Shown: positions 12,412-24,730 of the stretch, in pieces
Layout: every line of letters begins with the position of its first letter
How positions within the stretch are numbered: the stretch's first letter is position 1
NCBI GenBank assembly: GCA_014905635.1
Contig: CM026547.1
Location: forward strand, 2,418,001-2,482,000
DNA length: 64,000 bases
Direction: 5' to 3'
DNA from: Scenedesmus sp. PABB004
Taxonomy: Eukaryota
Notes under the pieces: model-generated
Database searches by the model: none
What the model was told of the DNA's origin: nothing
The model's input: the letters and a program-made list of their open reading frames with translations, nothing else
Made by a program: the position numbers and the translations under genes

Positions 12412-13504
12412 ATGCGGGCAGCCCGCGCCGCCGCAGCGGCATGCCTGCTGTGCCTTGCGGCGCTCTGCGGCGCCGTGCACCACGAGGGTGACTTCATCCA
12501 CACGTCCCGGCGGGCGCAGTTCCTGCGGGTGCGCGCGGGGGAGCAGCGGCGGCCGCAACCGCCCGCCGCTTCTCCGCCGGCGGCGGGCGCCGACGCCCCG
12601 CGCCGCCGTGCTCCTCGCGCCCGCAGAAGCGCACCGCCTGGCACGACCTCATAGAGCACCACTGCCCGCGCTTCGGCCACACGCGCATCGTGAGCCGGCG
12701 GGCGGGGCCGCGGGGCCGCGGCAGTGGGGCTGGCCGCTGTCGGCCGTGACCGCAACCCCCCCCCCTCCCCGCGCCGCGCAGGTCGCGCTGCCGATCAACA
12801 AGCCCGGCAGCGAGGTGGACGCGATCACCGACTACCGGATACAGCTCTCCTTCGACGGTGCGCGGCAGCAGCGCACGCGGCAGCACACGAGCGCGCGCGG
12901 CGGCGACGGCGCCGACCGCCACCCGCGCCCGCCGCCCGCCGCCGCGGCCAGGCGACCGCATCCTCACCCCCTGGCTGACGGTGATTGGGCGGGGCGTGGA
13001 GGGCATGCCGCTGCTGGACGTGGAGCTGCGCCGCGCGGGCGACGAGCTGCAGGGCGCCAAGGCGCGCGTGCTGGCGCTGCCGGACGAGCTGCTGCTGACG
13101 CACAGCGCGCTGTTCGACGCGTACAAGAACACCAGCGCCTGGCCCAAGCACGTGCTGCTGCGCTACCACTTCACCGACGAGGGCGACGTGGACTTCAACG
13201 CCGGCCTCTACGTCGTCCTCACCGCCGGTGAGGCCTGCGCGCGCGCGCGGCGAGCACGGCCGGGCGGCGCGCGCCCACCTCGCCGCCCACCTCGCCGCGC
13301 CGCGCAGGGCTGGTGCTGTTTGGCGTGCTGGGCGTGAGCACGCTCGCGGGCGTGCAGGCCAAGCTGGGTCAGTTCATGCGCGACGTCGTCGGCGCCGACG
13401 CAGCAGCATTCGACCCGCTCGGCGAGCCAGGCGGCACGGGCGGCGGGCTGCCGCCGCTGCCGCCGCCGTACGTGCCGTTCAAAGGCGGCTCGCACGTGGA
13501 GTGA
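12412..13504 (+). CDS. Signal-peptide, single-TM protein resembling plant NPU (no primexine and plasma membrane undulation)
   Basis: Signal peptide, then RTAWHDLIEHHCPRFG, VALPINKP, YRIQLSF, TPWL, WPKHVLLRY, DVDFNAGLYV and a TM helix. Matches my recollection of the At3g51610 family. Five exons. Confidence 0.75.
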
Positions 13505-13666
13505 GCACAAGCGGGGCGGACGGCGCGGGCGGTTGCAACCCCAGGCGCGCTGCGAGCCACCTCGGTCACCGCCGCTCGGTCACTGCCGCGCCGCGTCCCG
13601 CGCGCGCGCCAGCCGCCAGCGGCTCGAGCCGATGCGCGTCGGCACACCTCGCCCGGCCCCGCGTCC

Positions 13667-15699
13667 TCACTTGGGCTTGTGCTGGTCCACGACCTTGCTG
13701 AGCTCCTCCACCTTCTCCGCGGTCGCGAGCGAGATCATGCACACTTGCAGCTGCGCGGCGGCGCCAGCGCGGCGCGGCGCGCGGGCCGTCAGCGCGCGCC
13801 GCCCCGCCGCCGCCCCGCCGCCGCCCCGCCGCGCCCCGGCCGCGCCCCGGCCGCGCCCCGCGCCGCGCGCGCGCCTGGTGCTTGGGCCCCGCGCTCGCGG
13901 CCACGCCCGCGGCGGGGTCGGCGCCCGCGGGCGGGAGGTCGTACTGCAGGACCATGAGGCTCATGCGGCACTTCTTGGGGTTGTTGGGGAAGGTCATCAC
14001 GGCGCTGTTGCTCATCAGCTGGCTCGACACAAGCTGCTTGCCCTGCGGCCGCGGGCGCGCGCGGGGCGGACGCGCGGCGGTGCGCGGGCGGCGCCAGCGT
14101 GGGCCGCGCTGCGCCGGGCAGGGCGTGCGCCCCGCCGCCGCGCCGCCGCGTCCGGGCCCCGCGCGCGGCCGTTCGTCCATCGCCCCCCGCTCACCACGTC
14201 GGTTGAGAACATGACGTAGGTCTTGTCGCCCGCGCCCTCCTTGGGCTGGCGCACGGTGAGCATGCCGACGCCGCGCGGCTCCCAGTCGGTCGCGCCGCCG
14301 TCGCGCTTGACGCGCACGTGCAGGCGCGCCTTGCTGCTGAACAGCACGCGCCACACGCTCTCGTCCACCTTGATCTCGGGCTTGAACTTGGGCGGACCCT
14401 CCTCCGCCTCCTCGCCCCCACCCCCGCCGCCGCCGCCCGCGCCGGCGGCGTCGGCCGCGCCGTCGCCCGCCGCAGGCGCCGCGGGCGGCGGGAACTTGAA
14501 CGCAGCGGGCGCGGGCGTCGCGGCAAAGCCAAACGCGGGCGCGCCGCCGGCCGCGGCGGCGGGCGTCGCGGCGGGCGTCGCGCCAAAGCTGAAGCCGCCC
14601 GCGCTGGCGGGCGTCGCGGCCGGCGCCGCGCCGGGGCTGGGCGTGGCGCCAAAGCTGAAGCCTGTGGCGGCGGCCGCCGGCGTGGCGCCCGCGCTGCCGG
14701 CCGCGCCGCCGGCGCCCCACAAGCTGCCGCCGCTGGCCGCGGCGCCCGCGTCCGCGGCGCTGCTGCCGCCGGCCGCGCCGCTGCTGCTGCTGGCGGCGAC
14801 GCCAAAGCTGAAGCCGCCGCCCGCAGGCGCCGCGGCCGGCGCCGCGGCGGCGTCGGCACTGCCTGGCGTGGCGCCAAAGCCGGGGCTCGGCGCCGCGGCG
14901 ACGCCAAAGGTGAAGCCCGAGCTGCTGGGCGGCGCGTCCGGCGTGACTCCAAACTTGCTGGGCGGCGCCGGCGAGGGCGCCTCGCTGCCGGGCGTGCCGC
15001 CGGGCGTGCCGAAGCGGAAGCTCAGCCCGCTCGGCGGCGCGGGCGTGTGGCCCGCGTTGGCGGTGTTGCTCGGCGCGCCGCCGGGCGTCGCCGCGACGCC
15101 GCCGGCGGCGCCAAACGTGCCGGTGCTGGGCGCAAACGTGACGGACTTGCGCCCGCTGCTGGCGCCGCTCGCCGAGAGCGGGCCCGGCGCGTGGTCGCCG
15201 CCGTTGGCAGCGGCTGCGGCCGGCGCGGGCGTGCCAAACAGGTTGCTCGCGAGCGGCGGGCTGCTGCCCTGGCCGCCCCGCAGGACGTCAGCATACTCCT
15301 CCAGCAGCGTGTCGGCGTGCCGCACATAGTCCGCCGCGCCGTCGCTCCACAGCTGCTCCGGCGCGCCCGCCGCCTGCCGATGCACCCAGCCCGCGAACTG
15401 GGCGTTCAGGGCGCGCAGCTTGGCGGCAAACTCGGCCGCGCGGTCGTCCGCGGCGCCGTGCCGCTGCGGCGCGCGGCAGCGGAGCGCGGCAGCGGCGGCG
15501 GGCGGGGCGCATCATGCGCCGGCGGGGTGCCCCCCAGCGTGCCAGGCGGCGCGACGGCAACCCCCGCTTTCTCTGGCGAAGGCGCGCGCGGGCGGCCTGC
15601 GCCGGGGCGCCGGGGCGCCGGCCATCAAACCGAGGACCCCACCTTGCTGCTCCCGCCCGCGCCCCCGAACAGCTCGTCCGTCGCCCGCCGCTTGCTCAT
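13667..15699 (-). CDS. Nup50/Nup2-like FG nucleoporin with C-terminal Ran-binding (PH-like) domain
   Basis: MSKRRATDEL start, LRALNAQFAGWV...LW..GAADY helix, repeated FSFG/FTFG/FGF motifs, then WEPRGVGMLTVR...YVMFSTDVGK RanBD-like region. Confidence 0.8.
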
Positions 15700-15992
15700 G
15701 GTTATGGCTGCCTCTCTCACGCGCTCAGCGTCGCATGCGGGCCGCCTGCCCCGATCAGGCGAGCGTGCGGGCGCACGTGCGCGCTGCTGCTGCTGCGCGC
15801 CGCGGCGGCTGCGGCGGCGGCGGTCGCGGTCTGTCGCTGCGTTGGGGTGGCGGGCAAAATGCGGGGAAGGGGGACGGGGCGGCGAACGGATCACGCGCGC
15901 CGGGCGCGTTTCGTCACTTGCGTGCGGTTCAAGGGCGGGGCCGCCGCAGGGGGCGTCTCGGAACGCCGCGCCGCCACGTCCGCCGCCGGCGC

Positions 15993-17043
15993 TCAGCCGA
16001 ACTGCTTGCGCATGTACGAGCGCCACGCGCGCTTGCGCGACGCGATGTCCCAGGTGCGCTCGTCGGGCTCCACGCCGTCCGCGGCCATGCGGTCAATCAC
16101 GTCCAGCGCGCGGTCAGAGTCGTTGGTGCGGGAGCACACGTCCAGCAGCGCGTTGTAGCTCGCTGCGGCGCGGCGGCGCGGCGGCGCGCGGCGCGTGGGC
16201 TCCCCGGGGCGCGGCGCGGCGCGCTGCTGCGGCGCGGCGGGCTCGGCGGCCGCGGCGGGCCCGGCAGCCACGGCGCGGCGGGCGCCTCACTCGAGGTCGG
16301 GTCGAGGCCGTAGGTGACCTTCATCTGGCTCAGCACCGCGTCGAGGCGTGCCCAGTCGGGCGGGCTCTGCCCGCCGTAGCCGCGCAGCATGACCGCAAAC
16401 GTGACCTCGTCCGGCTGCAGGAAGTCGCCTGCGCGGCGGCGCGGCTGCTCGGCGGCGCCGCCGATGCCCGCGCGCAGCCCCAGCGCGCCCGCGCGCAGCC
16501 TGCCGGCGCGCGGCCCCTTGCCCGCCTGCCCGGCGCGCACCGAAGAGCTGGTCAAAGACGCTCTGTGCCATCTTCATGTCGCGGCTGCGCGTGCACGCCG
16601 CGAGCAGCGCGGTCGCGGCCTGCGTGTCGGGCTGCACGCCGAGCGCCGCGAGGCCCGCCAGCTCCTGCACCGCCTCCTTGAAGCGCCGCTGCTCGCCGAG
16701 CGCCTTGATGCGGCGCGTGACCTCCTGCCGCACCTCGCGCTCGCGCTCCGCGGGCGTTTGCTGCGCGCCCGGGACGGCCGCCGCGTCACGCGAGCGCCCG
16801 GCAGCCAGCGGCCGCCCGCCGCGGGCTCGCAGCGCCCCGCAGCGCCCCGCATGCGCGCCGCCCGCCCCCGGCGCGCACCTCTCGCTCCTCCGCCGCGGCT
16901 GCAGCGACGCGCGCGGCGCCGCGCCAGCCGCGCTGCTGCTGCCGCCGAGCGTGGGCGCCAGCGGCGCCCGCGAGCGGCGCTTGCCTGCCGGTGGCGCTGC
17001 TGCTGCAGCCCCAGCAGGCACCGGCCCGGCTGCTGGCGAGCAT
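15993..17043 (-). CDS. Short pentatricopeptide repeat (PPR) protein, probably organelle-targeted
   Basis: GVQPDTQAATALLAAC, LQPDEVTFAVMLRGY, SYNALLDVCSR, MAADGVEPD. Transit-like first exon spliced over intron 16761-16878. Confidence 0.85.
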
Positions 17044-17524
17044 GGCGCTGCCCCCGCGGCTGTGCAAGCGGCGCGGGCAGTCGTGGCCACGGCGGCGCGC
17101 GAGCCGTCGGCGGCTGCGGCGGCGCTCGGCGCGTTCGCTTGAGCTCTGGAGCTGGGCGGCGGACTGGGGCGAGTGTGGGAGCGACGCGCGAGCCCCCTGC
17201 GCACTCGAGAAGGCCGGGGAGGCGGCCGGCCGACTGCTCGTCGAGCCCTGGCGCCGTGCCTCGAAGCGCGCCGGTCGCGCGCTCCTGCCAGGTCGACAGC
17301 GTGACGACGGCCAGCTCCCCCGCGCGCCACCAGCAGCGCACGCGCGCGCCTCCGCTCCGACTTGAATGACCTTGCGCGCCGCCCGGCAGAGCGGCCCCCG
17401 GTCCCCGACTCGCGCGACCTCGCGCACGAGCCCGCCCCGCCGCGGCCCGCCGCCCGCGGCGTCGCACGCCCCCGCCGGCCATCGCGCCGCGCTCCCGCAG
17501 CCCGGCGCTCGCACGGTGCCAGCC

Positions 17525-19953
17525 ATGGGCCTGTTCGACCGGCTCAAGCGCAAGGGCGGCGATGCGCCCTCTGCCAGCGGCGTGGCGACGCGCGCCACGA
17601 CGGTGCGGGCGCGGCGGCGGCGCGCGGCCGCCGCGGCGCGCCGGCGCGCCGCCGCGTCGCCGTCACGCGGCAGGGCGCTCAGGGGCACCTCTGGGCGTCC
17701 TCCGCGCGCGCGGTGGCGGCGCAGCCCGGCCGGGAGGGCGCAACCGCCGCGCCGCGTGAACACTGATCGACGTCCGCCCGCGCGCCACGTGCCGTGCGCA
17801 GAAGGAGCCCATGACGCAGGAGGAGATCGAGGAGCTGGTGCTGGAGCTCAACCGCATCGGGGTGCGCAGCGCGGCGGGCGCGCGGCGGCGGGCGCGCGCG
17901 CAGCCCGGGCGGCGGCCGCCGCGCGGCCGCCGCGCGCCTCCCGCCGAGCCGCGGGCGCGGCGGGCGCAGGCGGTCAAGTTTGGCGAGTTCACGCTCAAGA
18001 GCGGCCTGGTGTCGCCGGTGTACGTCGACCTGCGCGTCATCGTGTCCTACCCGGACGTGCTGGAGGCGGTGTCGCGCATGATGTGGGCCCAGGTGCGCAA
18101 CGTGCCGTTTGACATCATGTGCGGCGTGCCCTACACCGCGCTGCCCATCGCGACGTGCATGAGCCTCGGCTTCGGCCTGCCCATGGTCATGCGGCGCAAG
18201 GAGGCGCGTCGCCGCGGCGCGGCGCGCGGGCGGGGGCGCGGCGCGGGCGCAGCGGGGGCGCAGCGCGCGCGCCCGCTGCCGCCGGGCGCGCCGCCGAGCG
18301 GGGCGGCCGCGCCGCGGCCACGTCCATGTGCGCAGGTGAAGGACTATGGCACGAAGAAAGCGATCGAGGGCGCGTACAAGCCCGGCCAGCGCTGCCTCGT
18401 GGTGGAGGACCTCGTCACGAGCGGCGCCAGCGTGCTGGAGACGCTCGACCCGCTGCAGAAGGAGCAGCTGGTCGTGAGCGACGTCGTGGTGCTCATCGAC
18501 CGCGAGCAGGGCGGCGCGGCGCACCTCGCGGCGCACGGGCTGACGCTGCACGCCGCGTTCAAGCTCTCGGCGATGCTCGACGTGCTGCAGCGGCACAGCC
18601 TCGTCGACGACGCCGTCGCGGCGGCCGTGCGCACGTTCATCGCGGACAACCAGACCACCCTGCCCGCGACGCCCGCCGCGCCGGCGGCGGCGCCGGCGCC
18701 GCCCAAGCGGTGCGCGCCCTCGGGAGGAGGGGGGCTGGGGGTCGCCGGCCGCCCCGCCAGCCGCCCCGCCGGGCGCCGCGCCGACGCCGCCGCCGCGCCG
18801 CAGGCTGACGTACGAGGCGCGCGGCGCGGCGGCGGCCAACAGCGTCGCGCGCGCGTGCTTTGAGATCATGGCGCGCAAGCGCACCAACCTCGCGATCGCG
18901 GCCGACGTGGACACGGCGGACGAGATGCTGCGCCTCGCCGACCTCACGGGGCCCCACATCTGCGTGTTCAAGACCCACGTCGACATCTTTGACAGGTGAC
19001 GCGCGCGAGGCGCGGCGGCCTCGCGGGCCCAGGGCGGTCGCTGGCGCAGACCTCACGACCTCACGCCCCGCGCGCCGCGCCGGCCAGGTGGGACGACGGC
19101 ATTGCGGCGTCGCTGCAGGCGCTGGCGGAGAAGCACGACTTCCTCATCTTTGAGGACCGCAAGTTTGCAGACATCGGCAACACCGTGGTCAGCCAGTATG
19201 GCGGCGGGCTCTATAAGATCGCCGACTGGAGCCACATCACCAACGCCCACCTCGTGCCCGGGCCGGGCATCATCGACGGACTCAAGCAGGCGCGCGCGCC
19301 GCGGCGAGGGCGGGGCCGCGCGGGGCGGGGCGGCGATGGGTGCGCCGGCTGCGCGTCCGCCGGCGGGCGGGCTGCGCGGCCGCCGACGGCGCCGCGCGTT
19401 GCGCCGCGCCGCGTCAGGTGGGCCTGCCCAAGGGCCGCGGGCTGCTGCTGCTCGCGGAGATGAGCAGCGCGGGCACGCTCGCAAAGGGCGCCTACACCGA
19501 GGCGGTCGCCGCGGCGGCGGCGGCCGCGCCCGACTTTGTGATGGGTGCGGCGCGGCGCGCGCGGCGCGCGGCGCGTGGGCCGGCCGGCCGGCCGGGCCGG
19601 CCGGCCGGCTGGGCCGGCCGGCGCGCGCGCGCTCGCGCGCGCGCACGTGCGCCGGCGCGGGCTCACGCTCTTGCCCGCCGCGCCCGGCAGGCTTCATCTC
19701 GACCAACCCCGGCGCCTGGCCGGGCGGCCCCGGCGCGCCGGGGCTGATCCACATGACGCCCGGCGTGCAGCTCGCGGCCGGCGGCGACGCGCTGGGGCAG
19801 CAGTACAACACGCCCGCGGCCGTCATCGGCGCGCGGCGCAGCGACGTCATCATCGTCGGCCGCGGCATCATCAAGGCCGCCGACCCCGCCGCCGCGGCGG
19901 CCGAGTACCAGGCCGCCGGCTGGGCCGCGTACGAGGCCAGCCTCGCGGCGTGA
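17525..19953 (+). CDS. UMPS: Bifunctional UMP synthase (OPRT + OMP decarboxylase)
   Basis: [79 protein letters not shown]. Confidence 0.97.
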
Positions 19954-20058
19954 GGCGGGGGCGGGGCTGTGTGGCAGCGCGGCTGGGGCGAGCGCGATCC
20001 GTCGGCGGCGAGCGGGCGGGCGGGCGGGCGGCGCGCTGGCGCGCTTGCAACCCGCGCC

Positions 20059-22391
20059 TCAGTCCAGCGCCGCGCGCGCCGCCGCGGCCGCCCACTTGGC
20101 CGACAGCGCAGTCCTGTTGGGCGGCAGCCGCCACGCCGGCGCCCTGCGCCAGTGCGCCAGGGCGCCGGGGTCGTTCGCGAGCTCGGCGCCGCCCGCCGCG
20201 CGCACGGCGACCGCCGCGGGCGGCGTCACCCCGCTGGCGCCCATGGCGTGCAGGCCCAGCGCGGCCGCCGCGCGGCTCGTCGCCGAGAACGCGCCGCCCG
20301 CGACGCGCGGCGCCAGACCGGCGCTGCTGAAGCGCTGCACCTCGCGCAGCCCCAGCGCGCGCGGTGCGTCGCCGGCCGCCCGCGCGCCGCTGCTCGGCCG
20401 GGCGAGGCCGCCGCCTGCGCCCAGCAGCCGGGGGCCGGCCGTCGCCAGCCGCGCGCGCGGCGCCGCGCTGTGCGGGCGCGGGCGCGCCTGCCCCGTCGCG
20501 GGACGCCAGCGCCGCAGCTGCGGCTGCTCCTGCTCCTGCCCGTGCGGCTGCTGCCACTCCTGCTGCGCCGCCGCGGCGGCTGGTGCGGGCGGCTGCTCAG
20601 GGGCGGCAGCGGCGCTGCGGCTGGCTGCCGACACTGCGACGAGGTCCACGGCCGCCTGGCTGCGCGCGTAGCTGAGCGCCTCGCGCGAGCTCGGCCGCTC
20701 CCAGGCCTGCGACTGCGCCGCCCCGCCCCAGCAGAGGCCCGGCCACGCCGCCTCGTCAAGCAGGCACCCGCTGGCGCTGCCGAGCGCGGCCGGGCAGGTG
20801 CCCGGGCGGGCGCTGCGCACGGTGGCGCGCTGCGGCGCGCGCGCGCCAGCGGCCCGGCACCCCCGCCCCGGCAACGCGGCGGCGACTGTCGACGGCGGCC
20901 GCGGCGCCTGCGTGGCGAAGCTGCGCGCGGGCGCACACACGCACGGGGGCGGCGGGTGGCGCGTCGGCGGCGCGCGCTGTCGCCCGCCTGGCGCGCGGCG
21001 GCGGCTGCGCCGCGCGCGCTGGCTCACCGTGCGGCGGGCCCCCTGCCACTCCGCGGGCGCGTGAGGTGGTCGTAGCCGTCCCGCCAGTGGCCCCCCGCGG
21101 GCAGCTCACAGCCGCCAGCCTCGGGGCCCGCTGGCCTGCCCCCGCCCGGGGAGCCAGCGTCCGCGGGCGCTCGCACCGCGCCGCGCTGCTCGCGTCGCTG
21201 CAGCTGCTCACGCCCGACCACCCGGAACGCGGCGCTCCCCTGCTCCACCAGCGGACGGGTGCGGGCTGGCTCGCTGGTCCCCGCCTCGCCGAGGCGCGGC
21301 GTGGCGTCGCTGCCGGAGCCGTGCGCAGCGCCGCCAAGGGGTTCCAGCGCTGGCGCCCCGCCGGGCCCGCCGAGCGGCAGCTGCATCGCGAGAGCTGCAT
21401 CGCGAGCGACAGCGGCGGCCTGCTGCTGCGCGTGCTGTGGGTATGAGCCACGCCTGCTGGGCGCGTGCATGCACGCCACGCGCGCATGCTTGTCCGTGGG
21501 ACTGTGCAGCAAGCGGTAGTGCGCCGGGCCCGGGCTGTCTGCGCGCGGCGCGACACGCCCAGCGCGAGCGGCCTGCCGAGGAGTGAATGGGGGGGGGGGG
21601 GGCAGCTCGGCTCAGCATGCCGTCGCGACGGCACTGCACTGATCGGTGCAGTGAGTTGCGCACGTGCGGGAGCTCGTGCGGGCGCGCACCTGCTGGCGGC
21701 TGGTCGCCCGGAACGCCGCCGAGCCTCGCTCCGGGCTGCCGGCGTCTGCGGTCTGCGGTCGCGGCCGTGGCTGCTGAAGCAGCACCTGCGGCGGCGGCCC
21801 AGGCCCTCCAGCGCCCAGCCCAGCGGAGCTCCGCCGGGCAGCGCCGCTGCCAGCTGCACCGCATCCGGCAGCGCCCACCCTGGGCCGCAGCTGCAGCAGC
21901 TGTGAGCCGCTGGCCGACCTCGCCGCGCCGCCAGCCTCGGCCGCTTCCCAGGCGCGCGGCTGCGGCTGCTGGCTCGCGCCCCAGGGGCTCCCCGCAGCCG
22001 CCGCCGCGGCGTCCAGCGCGCCGGGCAGCAGGGCAGCCCCCGGCGCGGCGAGGAGGCCGACGCTGGCCAGCGACATCCGCGCGGCGCCCGGCGGCGCAGG
22101 GCCGGGCCGCTGCGCCGCGGCCGGGCTGCCGCCGCTGGCCAGGAGGCTCGCCTGCGCCCGGGGCGCCCTGCTTGCCAGCAGCCTGTCCAGCACCGAGTCA
22201 GCCGCAGCGTCGCCGGGGCATGGTCGGCTGCCGCACTCGGAGACCACGCTCAGCCGCGAGCGCGCGACCGGCCCCTGGCGAGCGGCGGGCGCGTGAGCTG
22301 TGCGCCCTGACGCTCCCACCCCGTCCATCGCGTCCCGCCGGCTGCGCCCGGCCATCAGGCGGCGCGCACGTACCTCCGCGGCGGCGCTCAT
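20059..22391 (-). CDS. Low-complexity hypothetical protein with an SPGPAHY (SHIPPO/STPG-like) motif
   Basis: Four exons join in frame via GT-AG introns (about 22275-22373, 21573-21689, 20921-21027). Motifs SAAFRATSR, DSPGPAHY, ARFATQAPR, GAFSATSR. Confidence 0.55.
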
Positions 22392-23341
22392 CGCGCAGCG
22401 GCGCAGCGGCCGCTGCTGCGGCCCCGGCGCATGCTGCAGCGGCAGCCCTGCCACTGCAGGACGCGGCGCTGCGATGGAAGACGAGGCGCGAGCAACCAGA
22501 GCGTGGGGCGCCCTGAGCGGCGAGGCGGCCACCGGTCAAACTGTGGCGTCGGTCTGCCGGAGCGGCTCTCGCAGCCTGCCTCGGCGCGCAGCGACGGGAC
22601 GAGACGCTTGCGCACCGAGCTGCGGGGAGCGTGGGGCGACTGCTGCTCAAAGCAGGGGCGATTACAGGGCGTGCGTTGGGGTTCAGCAAGCAGTGCTGAT
22701 GCAGACAATGTGCGCCCGGCCGCGCAAGGCTGTGGCGCTTGCGGGCCCGGCGGCGCGCGCTCGCTGCGTTATGGGATAAAACGCGCGTCCCCTCCGCGGG
22801 GACGCCCCCCCCCCCCCCTTCTGTCTGAAAGACAATGACAGGCGCGGCGCCGCGCGGGCGGGTCGAGGGCGGCGCCAGAATGCCGGCACCCGCCCCCCCC
22901 CCCGCCAAGCCCGCGCACGCGGCGCCACCCATCAAAGGGCCCTCGCCGACGGCGGCGCGCGTCGGCGGCGGCACGTGCCGCGCGCGCGGGCCCGCGCTTG
23001 CTCAGCGCGTGGCAGCCGCGCCGCCCCCACGCATGCAGAGCTCGAACAGCGCCGTCGGTGCGGTGGTGGTGCGTGCGTAGCCGTTCCTGGCGCCCCTCGC
23101 CATGGCAGAGGGGGCGCGCAATGGCCGTCTGTGCGTGCGCCAACCAACAACACCCTGCAGTCTACGTGCGACACTCTTCACAACTGCTTACGGTTGGCTT
23201 TCAGTGAGAGCTGAGGTCTTGACAGCAGCCACCGGCTGCGCGCTTCTTTTCATGGAGGGAGCGGGCGGCGGCACGCAGGCGCAAAGGCACAAACAGTGCG
23301 CCGCGCCGCCGCGCCGCGCCCCACACACGCCGCCGCGCCGC

Positions 23342-24698
23342 TCAGCCCACGTTTGTGAGGCGCGGCGGGTTGGTGGTGAGCGTGAAGCGCAGCGGCGGCA
23401 GGATCGTCACCGGCCCCGGCGCCTCGACGCGCCGCGCGGTGAGGGTCGGCACCGGCAGCCGCGCCGACGCGAGCCACGCCGGCAGGGCGAGCGTGTTCAT
23501 GATCAACGTGCGCGGCGTGGCCAGCACCGGCGTGAACAGCTCGCTCACGTTGCCCGCCGGCTCCGGCACCGCGGCCGCGGGCGCGGGCTGCGCGCCGGCG
23601 ATCGCCAGCGCGGCGACCGCCACGCCGCCGGCGCCGGCGGTGGGCTTGGGCGCCGCCGCAGGCGTCGCCGCCGCAACGGCTGGCGTCGCGGGCGCGGCCG
23701 GCGCCGCGGCCGCGGCGGGCACCGCCGCCGCCGCGACGGGCGCCGCCGCCGCCGCGGCCGGCGCGCGCAGCGGCATCGGCATGCGCCGCGCCGCGGCGAG
23801 CCCGGGCGCGGCGGCCGCGGCGATCGCGCCAAACCAGGCGCGCATCTCGTCGACGCGGCCGACGGCGAGGTATGTGTCGTACGTGAACTCGCTGAGCGGC
23901 GTGATCGCGGAGGTGACGAGCGGCGCCATGTAGGAGACGTCGCTGGTGGCGGTGGAGTTGTCGGGGCCGACGCGGTACGCGACGAGCAGGTCGCTGATGG
24001 GCGTGTACACGCCCACGCCGTACCCGGTCGCGGGGTCGACGTACGCCGCCCAGCCCTCTGCGACGCGCGGACGCGCGGCGAGGGCGCGGCGCGCGGCACG
24101 GCGGGGCGGGGCGGGGCGGGGCGTCAGGCGGCAGAGAGGAACACCGCGCGGCGCGGCGGCGCGCGCGCTGCATGCTGCGCGCGCTGCGCGCGCTGGGCGG
24201 GGCCGGTGGCGCGCACCTGTTGGCTTGTAGTACTCCCCGACCTGGCCGGGCATGAGGAAGGTGACCTGCCCGCCCGTCCAGGGCGCGGCGCCGGTGTAGG
24301 TCGCGAGCACGGAGAGCCGGCGGTCCACAAACACAGCGGGCACCTCCTGGTGGCGCGCGGGGTGGCCGTACTCGCCCGTGTAACGCATCGTCATGCGCAG
24401 CTGCGCAGCGGCGAGGCGGGGGGGGGGGGTGATGGGTGAGGCGGGTGTGAGGGGGAGAGAGCGTGCGCGGCGGACGACGCGGCAGTGGGCGTGCGCGTGC
24501 GCGCGCGCGCGTGCGCGTGGCGCGCTTGCCTTGACGAGGTTTGGCGTGAGCCGCGTCTGCGTGGTCATGACCACGTCGTCCACGAGCGCCTGGCTGCCCC
24601 AGTTGCGTGGGATCGCGCTCATGCTCACCACGCCGCCAAAGTTGGTCGCGCTCAGCAGCTTGGGCGGCTGGTTGTGCCAGCTCCCGCCCTGGACCTGC

Positions 24699-24730
<32 letters not shown>

